Virus record (IMG/VR): IMGVR_UViG_3300045988_179273
Direction: 5' to 3' (one strand)
Length of the DNA: 47,334 nt
DNA from: a virus
Below the pieces are notes generated by a model, which made no database searches, was not told where the DNA came from, and saw nothing but the letters and a program-made list of their open reading frames with translations. The position numbers and the translations under genes were made by a program. Positions 30,551 to 40,058 of the stretch are shown one piece after another (position 1 is the first letter of the stretch; every line of letters begins with the position of its first letter).

Positions 30551-30849
30551 GAGACACGGTGGATTGGCAGCAGACAGATTGGCGCGTTGAGCGCATGGCT
30601 CGGCAGTACGGACTCGATCATCAGCTCAGAAAATTGCAGGAGGAACTCGCTGAACTCTCAGAGGCAATCGCCGTGCATCTGAGATCGCCGACACCGGTTA
30701 GTCGCAAAGAAATCATCGGAGAGGCGGCGGACGTGCACTTTCTTTTACGACAAATCGGGTTTCTTCTCAACGTGGATAGTGCAGGTATCGACGAAATTGT
30801 TGACTACAAGTATCGTCGACAACTGATGAGGGAGGGGCTGTACGAATGA
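30547..30849 (+). CDS. MazG-like nucleotide pyrophosphohydrolase
   Basis: LQEELAELSEAIA ... EIIGEAADVHFLLRQIG: the EExxE / E-x-x-D helix pair typical of small phage MazG domains. Confidence 0.6.
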   Translation: MRDTVDWQQTDWRVERMARQYGLDHQLRKLQEELAELSEAIAVHLRSPTPVSRKEIIGEAADVHFLLRQIGFLLNVDSAGIDEIVDYKYRRQLMREGLYE

Positions 30850-31244
30850 CGCAAATCATCCCTATGGCGCTGGTCCTTTCTTGGCCTCCGGCGCAGCTCA
30901 CGCCAAACTCGCGCTGCCACTGGGCGCAGAAGGCTCGAGTCGCCAAGAGGGCCAGGGGTGAGGCATACGTCCTCGCTCGTGCCTACTTATCCGAAAACCA
31001 CATCATATTTAATCCGAAGGCTGTTGAAAAAATCTCAATCGAGTACACCTTCACGCCTCCGGACCGCCGCGCTCGGGATGATGACAACCTCATCGCTGCT
31101 ATGAAGCCGTTTCGTGACGGAATTGCCCAGGCATTGGGCGTGGACGACAACTGCTTTCGCACGCAAGAGGCTGCGTTCGCATCGGTTCCTAGGCGACCTG
31201 CCTTTGTGTGTGCCCATATTCGCATAGAGGTCCGCGATGATTGA
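30846..31244 (+). CDS. rusA: RusA-family Holliday-junction resolvase
   Basis: WPPAQLTPNSRCHWAQKARVAKR ... RARDDDNLIAAMKPFRDGIAQALGVDDN matches the RusA motif set. Confidence 0.8.
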   Translation: MTQIIPMALVLSWPPAQLTPNSRCHWAQKARVAKRARGEAYVLARAYLSENHIIFNPKAVEKISIEYTFTPPDRRARDDDNLIAAMKPFRDGIAQALGVDDNCFRTQEAAFASVPRRPAFVCAHIRIEVRDD

Positions 31245-31443
31245 TGCGATTGATCATGGTCTTTTGCCGCTGGAGGCGCAACTGATTCTCAAAAAGGCGC
31301 ACAGAGAAGCGTCAGACTTTCCTGGAGATTTCGGGAGAGCCGTTGTTATCGAGAGAGCAATTGAGAGGGTAAAGCGTGACTTCCCGCATTTTTTTCGACA
31401 GAAAGGTGATTGCAGTCTCAGACTCCGGACACGCAATCGGTGA
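31237..31443 (+). CDS. Hypothetical protein
   Basis: 68-aa ORF; its ATG overlaps the rusA stop. Its 3' end overlaps the next ORF. Confidence 0.45.
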   Translation: MIDAIDHGLLPLEAQLILKKAHREASDFPGDFGRAVVIERAIERVKRDFPHFFRQKGDCSLRLRTRNR

Positions 31444-31627
31444 GGATCATCCGCTTGCGCGCTACACGGACGCCGACGTAAAGGCCGTGCTCATGCTACG
31501 GGAGGCAGGTTTTTCTCTTCGTGCTATCGCGGCAAAAATGGATATGCCGGTCAGGACCGTTCGCGGGTACATCTCGCAAAGAACCAGAAACTGCTCGGTC
31601 GCGGATTTCCGAGTGAGGAAGAAATGA
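31376..31627 (+). CDS. HTH DNA-binding protein upstream of terminase
   Basis: GTG start (a later start is possible). GEDHPLARYTDADVKAVLMLREAGFSLRAIAAKMDMPVRTVRGYISQRTR is an HTH pattern. The stop overlaps the TerS ATG. Confidence 0.5.
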   Translation: MTSRIFFDRKVIAVSDSGHAIGEDHPLARYTDADVKAVLMLREAGFSLRAIAAKMDMPVRTVRGYISQRTRNCSVADFRVRKK

Positions 31628-32046
31628 CAGAAAAGAAACTCACAGTAAAGCAGAAAAAGTTTGTTAAGGCAATCGCATCGGGAAAGTCTGCAACAGAGGC
31701 CGCAATCAAGGCCGGATACTCAAAAAGGTCCGCAAAAGTTACGGCCTGTCGTGCGCTAACGAAAACTAACATCGTAAAGGCTGTCGAGAAAGAGGTTGAT
31801 TCTGCTGCAAAAAAAGCAGGCGTTTCTCCAGAGTGGGTTTACAAAAGCCTGAAGCATCTTCACGATTTCAACTCGCAGGTCGTGAGCAAAGACGATGGCG
31901 ATGAGATGATCAATGCGCCGGTTGCCCTGGACGCAACAAAGTCCATCGGCAAATTCCTTTGTATGGGCGAGAAAGTTGATGACGCGAAGGATGAAACGCT
32001 CAAGATTCTGGCAGAAACCTTGCGGGAAAAGCTGAGCCATGAGTAG
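31624..32046 (+). CDS. terS: Terminase small subunit
   Basis: LTVKQKKFVKAIASGKSATEAAIKAGYSKRSAKVTACRALTKTNI is the typical TerS N-terminal HTH. Directly upstream of and overlapping TerL. Confidence 0.75.
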   Translation: MTEKKLTVKQKKFVKAIASGKSATEAAIKAGYSKRSAKVTACRALTKTNIVKAVEKEVDSAAKKAGVSPEWVYKSLKHLHDFNSQVVSKDDGDEMINAPVALDATKSIGKFLCMGEKVDDAKDETLKILAETLREKLSHE

Positions 32047-34078
32047 AAAGGGCGTAGCAACCGCTGCCACTTTCAGGGCCGTCACAAAAGGGCGTGCTAA
32101 GGCAGGATTCAATCTGGACACGCCTGCCGGCATACAGGATGCGCTGACTACGCTTGCGGTAAGGTGCTCAAAAGACCCGCTGCGCTTCGTGCAGCTCGCT
32201 TTCCCGTGGGGCAAGGGCACGCTTGAAAAGTACACCGGACCTGACACGTGGCAGACCGAGATTCTCACGGCGATGCGCGACAGGCTTCAATCCGGACACG
32301 AACGCGAGGAGGTTTATCAAGACGCAACAGCTGCAGGTCATGGTTGCGGAAAAGCACTTGATATTAAACAAGAAGTTGATACTCCAGACGGCTTGCGTGT
32401 TTGGGGCGACCTGAAGGTTGGTGACAGACTTTGGGGGCCGGATGGTAAGCCTACGACCATTGTCGCCATTCCGTACCGTGGCGTGCGTCCGTGCTACCGC
32501 GTCACCTTCGACGACGGGGCGAGCACGATTGCCAGCCAGGAGCATCTTTGGACTGTCTATGACTATCAAGGACTCCCGTACACCTTTGAGACAAGACAAA
32601 TCGCCCAGCTAGGATGTAAGAAGCCTGTGCGTTTCGGAGCGGCTACTTTTTACTATCCGATGTGGAAACTTCCTGAAGCAATAAACCCATACACTAAAAA
32701 GAGCATTAATCGGAGCATCGATTCCGTGGAGCCTATCGGGGAACGTGACACGATGTGCGTCACGGTGGACAGGGAAGACGGGCTGTTTCTTGCCAATGAT
32801 TTCATCGTGACACACAATTCGGGCCTTGTAGCCTGGCTCGTCCTTTGGGCTTTGTGCACCTACCCGGATACGCGCGGTGTGGTGACTGCCAACACGGAAA
32901 CGCAGCTGCGCACTAAAACCTTTGCCGAAGTGGCCAAGTGGTACAACGTGTGCCTGTTCAAGGATTGGTTCACGTGCTCGGCCATGAGCATTTACTCAAA
33001 GCAGCCAGGGCATGATAAGACATGGCGTATTGACGCGATTCCGTGGTCCGAGACGAATCCGGAAGCTTTTGCGGGCTTACACAATGCAGGCGCCAGGACG
33101 CTCGTGATTTTTGATGAGGCATCTGCCATTTCGAACGTCATCTGGGAAGTCACTGAAGGCGCCCTGACCGACAAGGACACAGAGAAGTTTTGGCTTTGCT
33201 TCGGCAACCCAACACGCAATACCGGGCGATTCTTTGACTGCTTCAACCGTTTTCGGCATCGCTGGGTGCATCGGCACATTGATACGCGAAACGCCGTGAT
33301 GTCTGACAAGACTCAGATTCAGAAGTGGATTGACGATTACGGAGAGGACAGCGATTTTGTGAAGGTCCGCGTGCGTGGCGTATTTCCGTCCTCTTCGAAC
33401 ATGCAATTCATCAGCCGAGACGTTGTGGACACAGCAGCACAGCGCGAATCAGAACCTCAGTCAATTATTGACACGGTTTGCATTCTCGGCGTGGACGTGG
33501 CCAGGTTCGGTGACGATAGGTCCGTCATTTTCTGTCGGGTAGGAATGGATGCGCGTTCATGGAAACACAGAGAGTATCGAGGATTGGACGGCTGGCAACT
33601 CGGAGCGAAGGTCGCAGAGTTTTACAACGATCTCGTGAGCGCCGGAGCAAGGCGCGTTATTATTAACATCGATGCAGGAGGCGTTGGCTCAAGCCCGCTG
33701 GATTGGCTGCGCAAAAACGGCTACGAAGTCAACGGAATCAACTTTGGTGAGTCCCCGTCGCGCAAGGACCTATATGCCAACAAGCGTGCCGAAATGTGGG
33801 CTCGTGGTCGTGAGTGGCTCAAAGCGGGCGGACAGATTGAAAACTCGGACGACCTGATAACGGACCTGACAGGCGTTGAATTTGACTACACGCCCAAGAA
33901 CCTTCTGCTCCTCGAAAAGAAAGAAGACATGAAAAAGCGCGGTCTGTCGTCGCCTGACTTGGCCGATGCACTGATGCTCACCCTCGCAATTCCGATGAAT
34001 GAGTATCTCGCAGACATCCAGCCGGTCACACCGTATCGAAACAATCGCCGCGCCGAAACACGAGATCCGTATGCGTAG
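32039..34078 (+). CDS. terL: Terminase large subunit, interrupted in frame by a mini-intein
   Basis: Walker A split as AAGHGCGK | intein | SGLVAWLVLW. Downstream ATPase/nuclease features present (VIFDEAS Walker B, GVDVARFGDD nuclease Asp). 524 aa after removing the intein. Confidence 0.9.
   Translation: MSRKGVATAATFRAVTKGRAKAGFNLDTPAGIQDALTTLAVRCSKDPLRFVQLAFPWGKGTLEKYTGPDTWQTEILTAMRDRLQSGHEREEVYQDATAAGHGCGKALDIKQEVDTPDGLRVWGDLKVGDRLWGPDGKPTTIVAIPYRGVRPCYRVTFDDGASTIASQEHLWTVYDYQGLPYTFETRQIAQLGCKKPVRFGAATFYYPMWKLPEAINPYTKKSINRSIDSVEPIGERDTMCVTVDREDGLFLANDFIVTHNSGLVAWLVLWALCTYPDTRGVVTANTETQLRTKTFAEVAKWYNVCLFKDWFTCSAMSIYSKQPGHDKTWRIDAIPWSETNPEAFAGLHNAGARTLVIFDEASAISNVIWEVTEGALTDKDTEKFWLCFGNPTRNTGRFFDCFNRFRHRWVHRHIDTRNAVMSDKTQIQKWIDDYGEDSDFVKVRVRGVFPSSSNMQFISRDVVDTAAQRESEPQSIIDTVCILGVDVARFGDDRSVIFCRVGMDARSWKHREYRGLDGWQLGAKVAEFYNDLVSAGARRVIINIDAGGVGSSPLDWLRKNGYEVNGINFGESPSRKDLYANKRAEMWARGREWLKAGGQIENSDDLITDLTGVEFDYTPKNLLLLEKKEDMKKRGLSSPDLADALMLTLAIPMNEYLADIQPVTPYRNNRRAETRDPYA
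32354..32818 (+). other. Class 3-type mini-intein (155 aa) in the TerL P-loop
   Basis: aa 106-260. Block A ALDIKQEVDTPDG, block B SQEHLW, block F TMCVTVD..LFLAN, block G FIVTHN, then +1 Ser. No endonuclease domain. Confidence 0.75.
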
Positions 34079-34136
34079 GGTGTGCGCATATCAGCCGGTT
34101 CGCACTTGACAATTCGAATTGCGTTGGGGAGAGAGA

Positions 34137-34586
34137 ATGTTCGAGACACGTGAAATTTCGTACATAGTTGAGTCAGAGAGCCCAGGGTTTCAAGAAACTG
34201 TCGCCGAATATCAGGCTGAAACGCAGAATCCAGGCATTGGTAGCCCCGAGATTCAGTATGAGCGCTACATGGAATTGAATGCTACCGGCTCGCTCAAGTG
34301 CGTCGGCGCTTTCGAGGCAGAAGAGCTTGTCGGGCTTGCACACGTCACTTTTGCTCGTAGCCAGCACTACCCGTTTCCGATTGCATCTATCGAATCGTTT
34401 TACCTACGCAAGTCCTTCCGAAAAGGCATGAATGGCCTCAAATTTCTGCGAGCAGTTAAGAAAATGGTTAAGGCATCTGGCGCGCCCGGGCTTGTCTTTA
34501 TGGCGCCGCCCGGTAGTGACTACGACAAGCTGTGTGAAAGGCTGGGAATGCTACACACGCATAACGCATGGTGGTGCAAGTCATGA
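34137..34586 (+). CDS. GNAT-like acetyltransferase (tentative)
   Basis: ATG 34137 after gggagagag. ELVGLAHVTFARSQHYPFPIASIESFYLRKSFRKGMNGLKFLRAVKKMVKASGAPGL resembles the GNAT acetyl-CoA-binding core (R-x-x-G-x-G/A). Confidence 0.45.
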   Translation: MFETREISYIVESESPGFQETVAEYQAETQNPGIGSPEIQYERYMELNATGSLKCVGAFEAEELVGLAHVTFARSQHYPFPIASIESFYLRKSFRKGMNGLKFLRAVKKMVKASGAPGLVFMAPPGSDYDKLCERLGMLHTHNAWWCKS

Positions 34587-35047
34587 AGAAAGACCTTACC
34601 GCTCCGATGACGGCATCCGTTGCCCAAAACGAGAAACTTGAATCGTTCACAAGATTGCTTGAAGACGTAGCTAAAACGCATCCGGAAGCGGTCGTAGACA
34701 TTCCGACCGAGCACCACATTCACGCTGGATGTTACTCACGTACGATTTTTGTGAAGGCCGGAACGTGGGTTGCGGGTTTGCAGATTCAAGTGGCCACACA
34801 GTTAGTTTTCTGCGGAAAAGGACAATTCTCTGATGGTAAGAACGTTAAGGAATTGGACGGCTACGTTGTGATGGAAGGCGCGCCTAAGCGCCGCGCTGCT
34901 TTTCATGCAGAGAAAGACACGTACATGACGATGTTTTATGCATCAAAGAAACGAACGGTTGCCGGCGCGGAAAAGGAGTTTTGTGCCGAGCCGGAAAGGC
35001 TTTTTACTAATCGGAAGGAGAAACTTCTATGTCAGGAGTTGCATTAG
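34583..35047 (+). CDS. Hypothetical protein (possibly cupin-like)
   Basis: ATGA-coupled start at 34583. 154 aa. The HHIHAGCYSRTIFVKAGTWVAG beta-rich pattern is only weakly suggestive. Confidence 0.45.
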   Translation: MKKDLTAPMTASVAQNEKLESFTRLLEDVAKTHPEAVVDIPTEHHIHAGCYSRTIFVKAGTWVAGLQIQVATQLVFCGKGQFSDGKNVKELDGYVVMEGAPKRRAAFHAEKDTYMTMFYASKKRTVAGAEKEFCAEPERLFTNRKEKLLCQELH

Positions 35048-35337
35048 GAATTTCGGCGGCTGCTGCCGTTATCGGAGCAGGCGTTTCTGCATACCAGAAC
35101 GACCGTCGTATGCATCAGCAAAAGATTGCGAATCAGAAAGCAGAGGCTCGGGCTAAAGAAACAGCAGAGCGCTCGGCACAGGAAACCCGTCGCCAAAACG
35201 GGCGCGAGGCGGATATTTCGTCGTTGCTCGAACAGAACAGCAACCAGGGTCTTTCGGGAGGTTCTACTCTGCTTAACGGAGCCCAGGGTGTGGATAAGTC
35301 CAAGCTGAGTTTAGGCGGCGGTTCGACTTTGGGCTAA
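35029..35337 (+). CDS. Small virion-associated protein (TM plus Gly/Ser-rich tail)
   Basis: SD ggaaggag. N-terminal GVALGISAAAAVIGAGVSAY, then a charged helix and GGSTL repeats. Immediately upstream of the portal gene. Confidence 0.5.
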   Translation: MSGVALGISAAAAVIGAGVSAYQNDRRMHQQKIANQKAEARAKETAERSAQETRRQNGREADISSLLEQNSNQGLSGGSTLLNGAQGVDKSKLSLGGGSTLG

Positions 35338-35365
35338 ATCGTTTCAATTTTTTGGATTTCTCATC

Positions 35366-37054
35366 ATGGAAGGGAAGGATTTACGAGACCACATCTTGCG
35401 CCGCTGGGGAGCGCTCAAGGTTGAGCGTGAGCCGTTTGTGGCGCAATGGTCGGAGATTTCACGACACATTACACCGGCGTCGGGGCGGTTCTTCCCACAG
35501 ACCCAGAAGAACAACGCACGCGATCGCTGGAACAAGATTTACGACAATGCGGCAACGTATGCGTCGAGCATCTTATCCTCGGGCCTACAATCGGGCATGA
35601 ACGACCCTGCGACGCAGTGGTTTGACCTGACGACAGGCTCGCCTGAACTCGATGAGTCGCACGGCGTGAAGGTTTATCTTGACCGAGTGCGCCGCATCCT
35701 TGAGATGGCTTTCGAGCGCACGAATACGTATCAGTCGTTGCATCACGGTTGGCGAGAGGTCGGAGTCTATGGCGTATGCGCCATGCTCGTGATTGAAGAT
35801 GCGGTCAATGGTTTCCACTGCTATCCGCTTGTGTGTGGCGAATACTGCCTCGGAACCGATGCGCAGAACCGCCCGAACACGCTGTACCGTCGATTTAGCA
35901 TGACGGCTGAGCAGATGCTCATGCAGTACGGGCGTGCAAAAGTTTCACGTGCAGTGGTTGAGGCATACGACAACGGACAGCGCGACAAGAACTACAAGTG
36001 CATTCACGCCATCGAGCCGCGTGAGATTCGTGACCGTACCAAGAAAGACAACCGAAACATGCCGTATCGGTCCGTTGTCCTTCAGATTGATACGGACGAG
36101 GGCAAGGATGGCATTCTTGAGGAATCAGGTTACAACGAATTCCCGGCTGTTGTCGGACGCTGGGGGGCGAACGCATCGGACGTGTACTCGGAAGAGTGCC
36201 CCGGCATTGTTGCCATTGGCGACACGAAACAGCTCCAGCACGAAAACCTGCAGAAGGGCAACGCGATTGACTACGCCGTGGACCCTCCTTTGATTCTCCC
36301 GACGTCAGCTCAGCATCAGGCGCTTGATTTCCTGCCTGGCGGACGGAACTTTATCGACATGCCGACGGCGAACAACGTTGTGCAGTCTGCGTGGAATGTG
36401 CGCCCTGACGTGCAAGCTTTAATGGCTGATATGCAGGAAATTAAGCAGCGAATCTTCCAAGCATTCTACGTTGACATGTTCCTGATGATCAGTCAGGCGA
36501 ACAAGCATCAGATGACAGCCGAGGAAGTCGCGCGTCGCAATGAAGAAAAGTTAATGCTTTTAGGGCCTGTTCTGTCCAGATTCAACAACGAAGTGCTGAA
36601 ATGCCTGATTGAGCGTGCGTTCAACATCCTCTCCCGCGCCGGTCAGATGCCTCCGCCTCCGCAAGAATTAGCAGGACAGACCCTCCAGGTTCGCTACATG
36701 TCGATGCTCTCTCGCGCCCAGCATTCGCTTCGTGCGAACAGTCTGGACCAATTCCTACAACGCATTGGACAGATCGCGCAATTTAAGCCCGAAGTTCTTT
36801 CTAAACTCGACCCGTTTGAGGCGGTTGACGAGTACGCGGACTACTACTCTGTCGCGCCTTCAATCATCGTGCCGACGGACCAAGCCAAGGCAGAGATTGA
36901 GAAACAGCAGCAGGCCCAGCAACAGCAGGCCATGGCACAACAGCAAGCGCAGGCTGCGGACAATCTATCCAAGCTCGGACGTGTGCCGGCTGACGATTCG
37001 AACATGGCGGGTGCATTAGTGAAGGGGATGGCTCAACAGGCAGGAGTGGCGTAA
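35366..37054 (+). CDS. Portal (head-tail connector) protein, podovirus-type
   Basis: 562 aa after the terminase block. N-terminal RWGALKVEREPFVAQWSEISRHITPASG, the overall size and a Q/A-rich C-terminal tail resemble T7/BPP-1-type connectors (recollection). Confidence 0.8.
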   Translation: MEGKDLRDHILRRWGALKVEREPFVAQWSEISRHITPASGRFFPQTQKNNARDRWNKIYDNAATYASSILSSGLQSGMNDPATQWFDLTTGSPELDESHGVKVYLDRVRRILEMAFERTNTYQSLHHGWREVGVYGVCAMLVIEDAVNGFHCYPLVCGEYCLGTDAQNRPNTLYRRFSMTAEQMLMQYGRAKVSRAVVEAYDNGQRDKNYKCIHAIEPREIRDRTKKDNRNMPYRSVVLQIDTDEGKDGILEESGYNEFPAVVGRWGANASDVYSEECPGIVAIGDTKQLQHENLQKGNAIDYAVDPPLILPTSAQHQALDFLPGGRNFIDMPTANNVVQSAWNVRPDVQALMADMQEIKQRIFQAFYVDMFLMISQANKHQMTAEEVARRNEEKLMLLGPVLSRFNNEVLKCLIERAFNILSRAGQMPPPPQELAGQTLQVRYMSMLSRAQHSLRANSLDQFLQRIGQIAQFKPEVLSKLDPFEAVDEYADYYSVAPSIIVPTDQAKAEIEKQQQAQQQQAMAQQQAQAADNLSKLGRVPADDSNMAGALVKGMAQQAGVA

Positions 37055-37056
37055 AT

Positions 37057-37671
37057 ATGGCAGGTGACAGCACTTTGACTCCGGCGGGCGCGGGGTACAT
37101 TAGCCTTGCGTCCACAGCGGTTTCGGGACTCGTTTCGGCTTTCGGCTCCATTGGGGCAACTCGCTATTCAAATGCGATTGCTCAGAGTCAAGCGAACATC
37201 GCTCGCTTGAATGCTCAGATGATGGAACAGCAAGCGCAGGCAGTGTTTCGGTCCGCCGAAAAGGACATTGTCCGGAAAACCATGGCCGCAGGTCAGGTCA
37301 AGGGCAAACAGCGTGCGACTTTGGCCGCGAACGGCATTGCCGTCGGCACGGGTTCGGCAGCCGAAATTCAAGCATCTACTGACCTCATTAAAGAAATGGA
37401 CACAATCACGATGCGCCAGAACGCGACGCGCCAGGCGTGGGGCTATCGCATGAAAGCAGCTGGATACGAGGGCGAGGCTTACATGGCGCAGGCCAACAAG
37501 CAAAGTGTTTGGGGAAATTTCGGCGCAAGTGTTCTGGGAGCCGCTTCGCAGGTTGCCAATCAGTATCTGGGCTACACAGCCCTGGGCGTCTTCGGTGACG
37601 GTACGCAGAAAGCCGCGCCGATTGAATACAAAAATGTGAAACTCAATGGGGTTTTAGGCGGAGGTAAGTAA
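37057..37671 (+). CDS. Internal virion protein
   Basis: 204 aa, Ala/Gln-rich helical (AIAQSQANIARLNAQMMEQQAQAVF). 2 nt after the portal stop. Confidence 0.5.
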   Translation: MAGDSTLTPAGAGYISLASTAVSGLVSAFGSIGATRYSNAIAQSQANIARLNAQMMEQQAQAVFRSAEKDIVRKTMAAGQVKGKQRATLAANGIAVGTGSAAEIQASTDLIKEMDTITMRQNATRQAWGYRMKAAGYEGEAYMAQANKQSVWGNFGASVLGAASQVANQYLGYTALGVFGDGTQKAAPIEYKNVKLNGVLGGGK

Positions 37672-40041
37672 ATGCCGATTGTTCCGATGTTTCAGGGCGG
37701 TGTAGCAACCGAACGCGACAATGCACAAACCGGAATGGGTTCTTCGGAAATCCGCATCAGCCGTCCTACCTACGACTACGAAAAGAACTATCAAGAGGCA
37801 ATCAAGCCGATTGTTGAGTTTGGTAAAACCGCAAGCAAGGCAGCTGAAATCATCGCGAATCGCAACGTGAAGGCAGAGGCGGACGAAGCCGAACTCAAGT
37901 ATTTGGATATTGAGCGCCGAATTCTTTACGGTCAGGGCGGCAGCGAGCAGGGTCCCGCAGGTGGAACAGTCGATGACGGAAGCTACAAAGACGTTCCGAA
38001 CAATGCCGCGCCGGTGCCCGATAACTCAGCAGCACAGCTAAGCGAACAAGAAACAAACGACGACGGCATCTATCGACAGATTCCGAATGGTTTTTTTGCA
38101 ACCCAGGGTAAAAACTCGGTTGATACCTATAACGGCTCAATTGAAGTCCTAAAGAAAGAATCTCAAAAGCTTCTTGATGGCCTGTCTCCATGGGCGCGTG
38201 AATCTCTTCAGTCGCGCATCAATGATCGTTTGGCCTCAGCTCAAACTCGTATGCTTCAGTGGCGAAACAATCAAGAACAGGCATGGCACCTTTCTTCGTC
38301 CGAGGCGCGCATTCAAGGGCTTATCAGAAGCGCGGCCGACAATCCGACAAGCCGTGACTATTTGGCCAAGACTAAGGCAAGCATCGATGCGGAAGTGGAT
38401 TACATCGCATCTTTGCGTGGATACGATGCCAAGCAGACTTCGGCACTTAAATCACAGTATCACGACCTTGCGGAAGCGAGTCGCTACACAACATGGGCAC
38501 AAGACAACCCTGTTGGAGCCTTGTCCGACTTCCAAACGAATCAGAAAAGCATCTCGCCTGAGATTCGCTCCAAACTAAGCAGCGAGCTTTTTAGAACTGC
38601 CGCCCCACAGCTTGGGCTTGCGCTCTCGGATAAGTACGGCGATTCAATTCTGGACAAGAAAGACTTTATCCGGGAAATGACCAAGCCCGGCGCTCGGACA
38701 GGAATTCCTGTTATTGACGGGCTTACCACTGTTCAGCGCATTTCTCTTTGGCAATCGGCTCATGCCTATGCGTCCCAGAAGCGAACATCGGCCCAGAACG
38801 AGCTCGGTGTTGCAACCAAGGATGCCCTCTCTGAGATTGCGACCTACGGTTATCTGAAAAACGGCGGTCCCTCTAAGGAGCAGTTTGTTGCCGCCTATGG
38901 CGAGGCCAAGGGTACCGAACTCTTTGAAAGCTACGAACGCAGTGCAGAAACGACCAAGGCCGTGCACGACTACGCAGGAATGACGGATGAGGAAATTGCA
39001 TCAGACGTCGCAAGTGCTAAGCCTGTACCCGGAGCAAGTGACTTCGCAGAACGAAAGAAACTCTACGATGCGCGCTTGAGTGCTTACAACCAGCTTGCCA
39101 AAAAGCGCAGAGAGGATCCCGTAGCGTTTGCCGTGATGGGCGGTCAGTACGGCTACGAACCGCTTGACTTCGGTAACACAGGCAAGCTCGTTTCTCAGCT
39201 GCAGAACCGTGTTGAGAAAGCCAACGAGGTCAGTAAGGCCTGGGGCGCGAATCAACGCTTGTTCTCCAAAACGGAACTTGACGGCCTTGTGAAGGTTTTG
39301 GATTCATCGACGATCGACCAGCGCGTTGGTCTGCTCACGACGATTGCCGAAGCTATCGGTAGTGATGGACTGCGTATTGTCTCAGACCAAATGACAAAAA
39401 GCAGCGAGGTTTACGCCATCGCAATGGCCGGGATGGATATGACTCCTGGGGAGATTGCTCCGGGCGAAATGTATCTGCGCGGGTTAGATGCGATTGACAC
39501 AGGTCGAGTGAAGATTGACACGGCCAAGGTCGAAGGCACAGATGCATCTATCGCGAACACAATTGGCGACGAACCAGAAGACGGCATTAAGGGCGTATTT
39601 GATTCTCCGGACGCAGCCGAAATGACGCGCAAGATGGCCAAGGGTGTTTGGGCTTACCAGAGTCTTGCCGGGGTATCGCATGACCCCGCAGCTGCTGTTA
39701 AGACAGCCCTCGGCGGCGAGGTCTTTTCCTACAACCATCGCAAGATTGTGCTCCCTCGGGGCGTTGAGGGCTCAACAATCTTCGGTGATGATTTCAGCAC
39801 ACTTCTGAACAAGAAGGCGTATCAGATTCGCTCGAACGGCACTGCCTACATGTGGGGCGGAATGACGATGACGCGCGACCAGATGGCCAACGCCTTACAC
39901 GATTTTGACCTCAAAACCGAGAAGGTTAATCCTGACGGCTCTGTCCTTTATAGCGTTCAATCTTCAGGCGTTCCTGTCTACACAGACAAAGGCAAGCTTT
40001 TTACTTTTACCCTCAGCGCACCTTCCAAAGAAGAGAAGTAA
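37672..40041 (+). CDS. Internal virion / ejection protein (789 aa)
   Basis: Long helical ORF. Its ATG overlaps the upstream TAA. No enzymatic motif recognised. Confidence 0.55.
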   Translation: MPIVPMFQGGVATERDNAQTGMGSSEIRISRPTYDYEKNYQEAIKPIVEFGKTASKAAEIIANRNVKAEADEAELKYLDIERRILYGQGGSEQGPAGGTVDDGSYKDVPNNAAPVPDNSAAQLSEQETNDDGIYRQIPNGFFATQGKNSVDTYNGSIEVLKKESQKLLDGLSPWARESLQSRINDRLASAQTRMLQWRNNQEQAWHLSSSEARIQGLIRSAADNPTSRDYLAKTKASIDAEVDYIASLRGYDAKQTSALKSQYHDLAEASRYTTWAQDNPVGALSDFQTNQKSISPEIRSKLSSELFRTAAPQLGLALSDKYGDSILDKKDFIREMTKPGARTGIPVIDGLTTVQRISLWQSAHAYASQKRTSAQNELGVATKDALSEIATYGYLKNGGPSKEQFVAAYGEAKGTELFESYERSAETTKAVHDYAGMTDEEIASDVASAKPVPGASDFAERKKLYDARLSAYNQLAKKRREDPVAFAVMGGQYGYEPLDFGNTGKLVSQLQNRVEKANEVSKAWGANQRLFSKTELDGLVKVLDSSTIDQRVGLLTTIAEAIGSDGLRIVSDQMTKSSEVYAIAMAGMDMTPGEIAPGEMYLRGLDAIDTGRVKIDTAKVEGTDASIANTIGDEPEDGIKGVFDSPDAAEMTRKMAKGVWAYQSLAGVSHDPAAAVKTALGGEVFSYNHRKIVLPRGVEGSTIFGDDFSTLLNKKAYQIRSNGTAYMWGGMTMTRDQMANALHDFDLKTEKVNPDGSVLYSVQSSGVPVYTDKGKLFTFTLSAPSKEEK

Positions 40042-40058
40042 TTTCTAGGGGATAGTCT

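Noticed and set aside
31376-31443. A T7 run (31389-31395) in the 68-nt overlap of ORFs 31237..31443 and 31376..31627 as a programmed frameshift site
   Set aside because: Joining the frames would need a +1 shift, not the usual -1. No stimulatory structure is seen, and both ORFs have their own plausible starts.
31756-32268. 170-aa minus-strand ORF across the TerS/TerL junction
   Set aside because: It is antisense to two well-supported genes, so it is a shadow ORF.
32345-32347. Cys103 (GHG-C-GK) as the intein N-terminal nucleophile (a class 1 intein starting CGKALD...)
   Set aside because: Excision from Cys103 would leave GHG-SGL without the GK of the P-loop. Starting at Ala106 restores GHGCGKS and fits the W/C/T class 3 signature.
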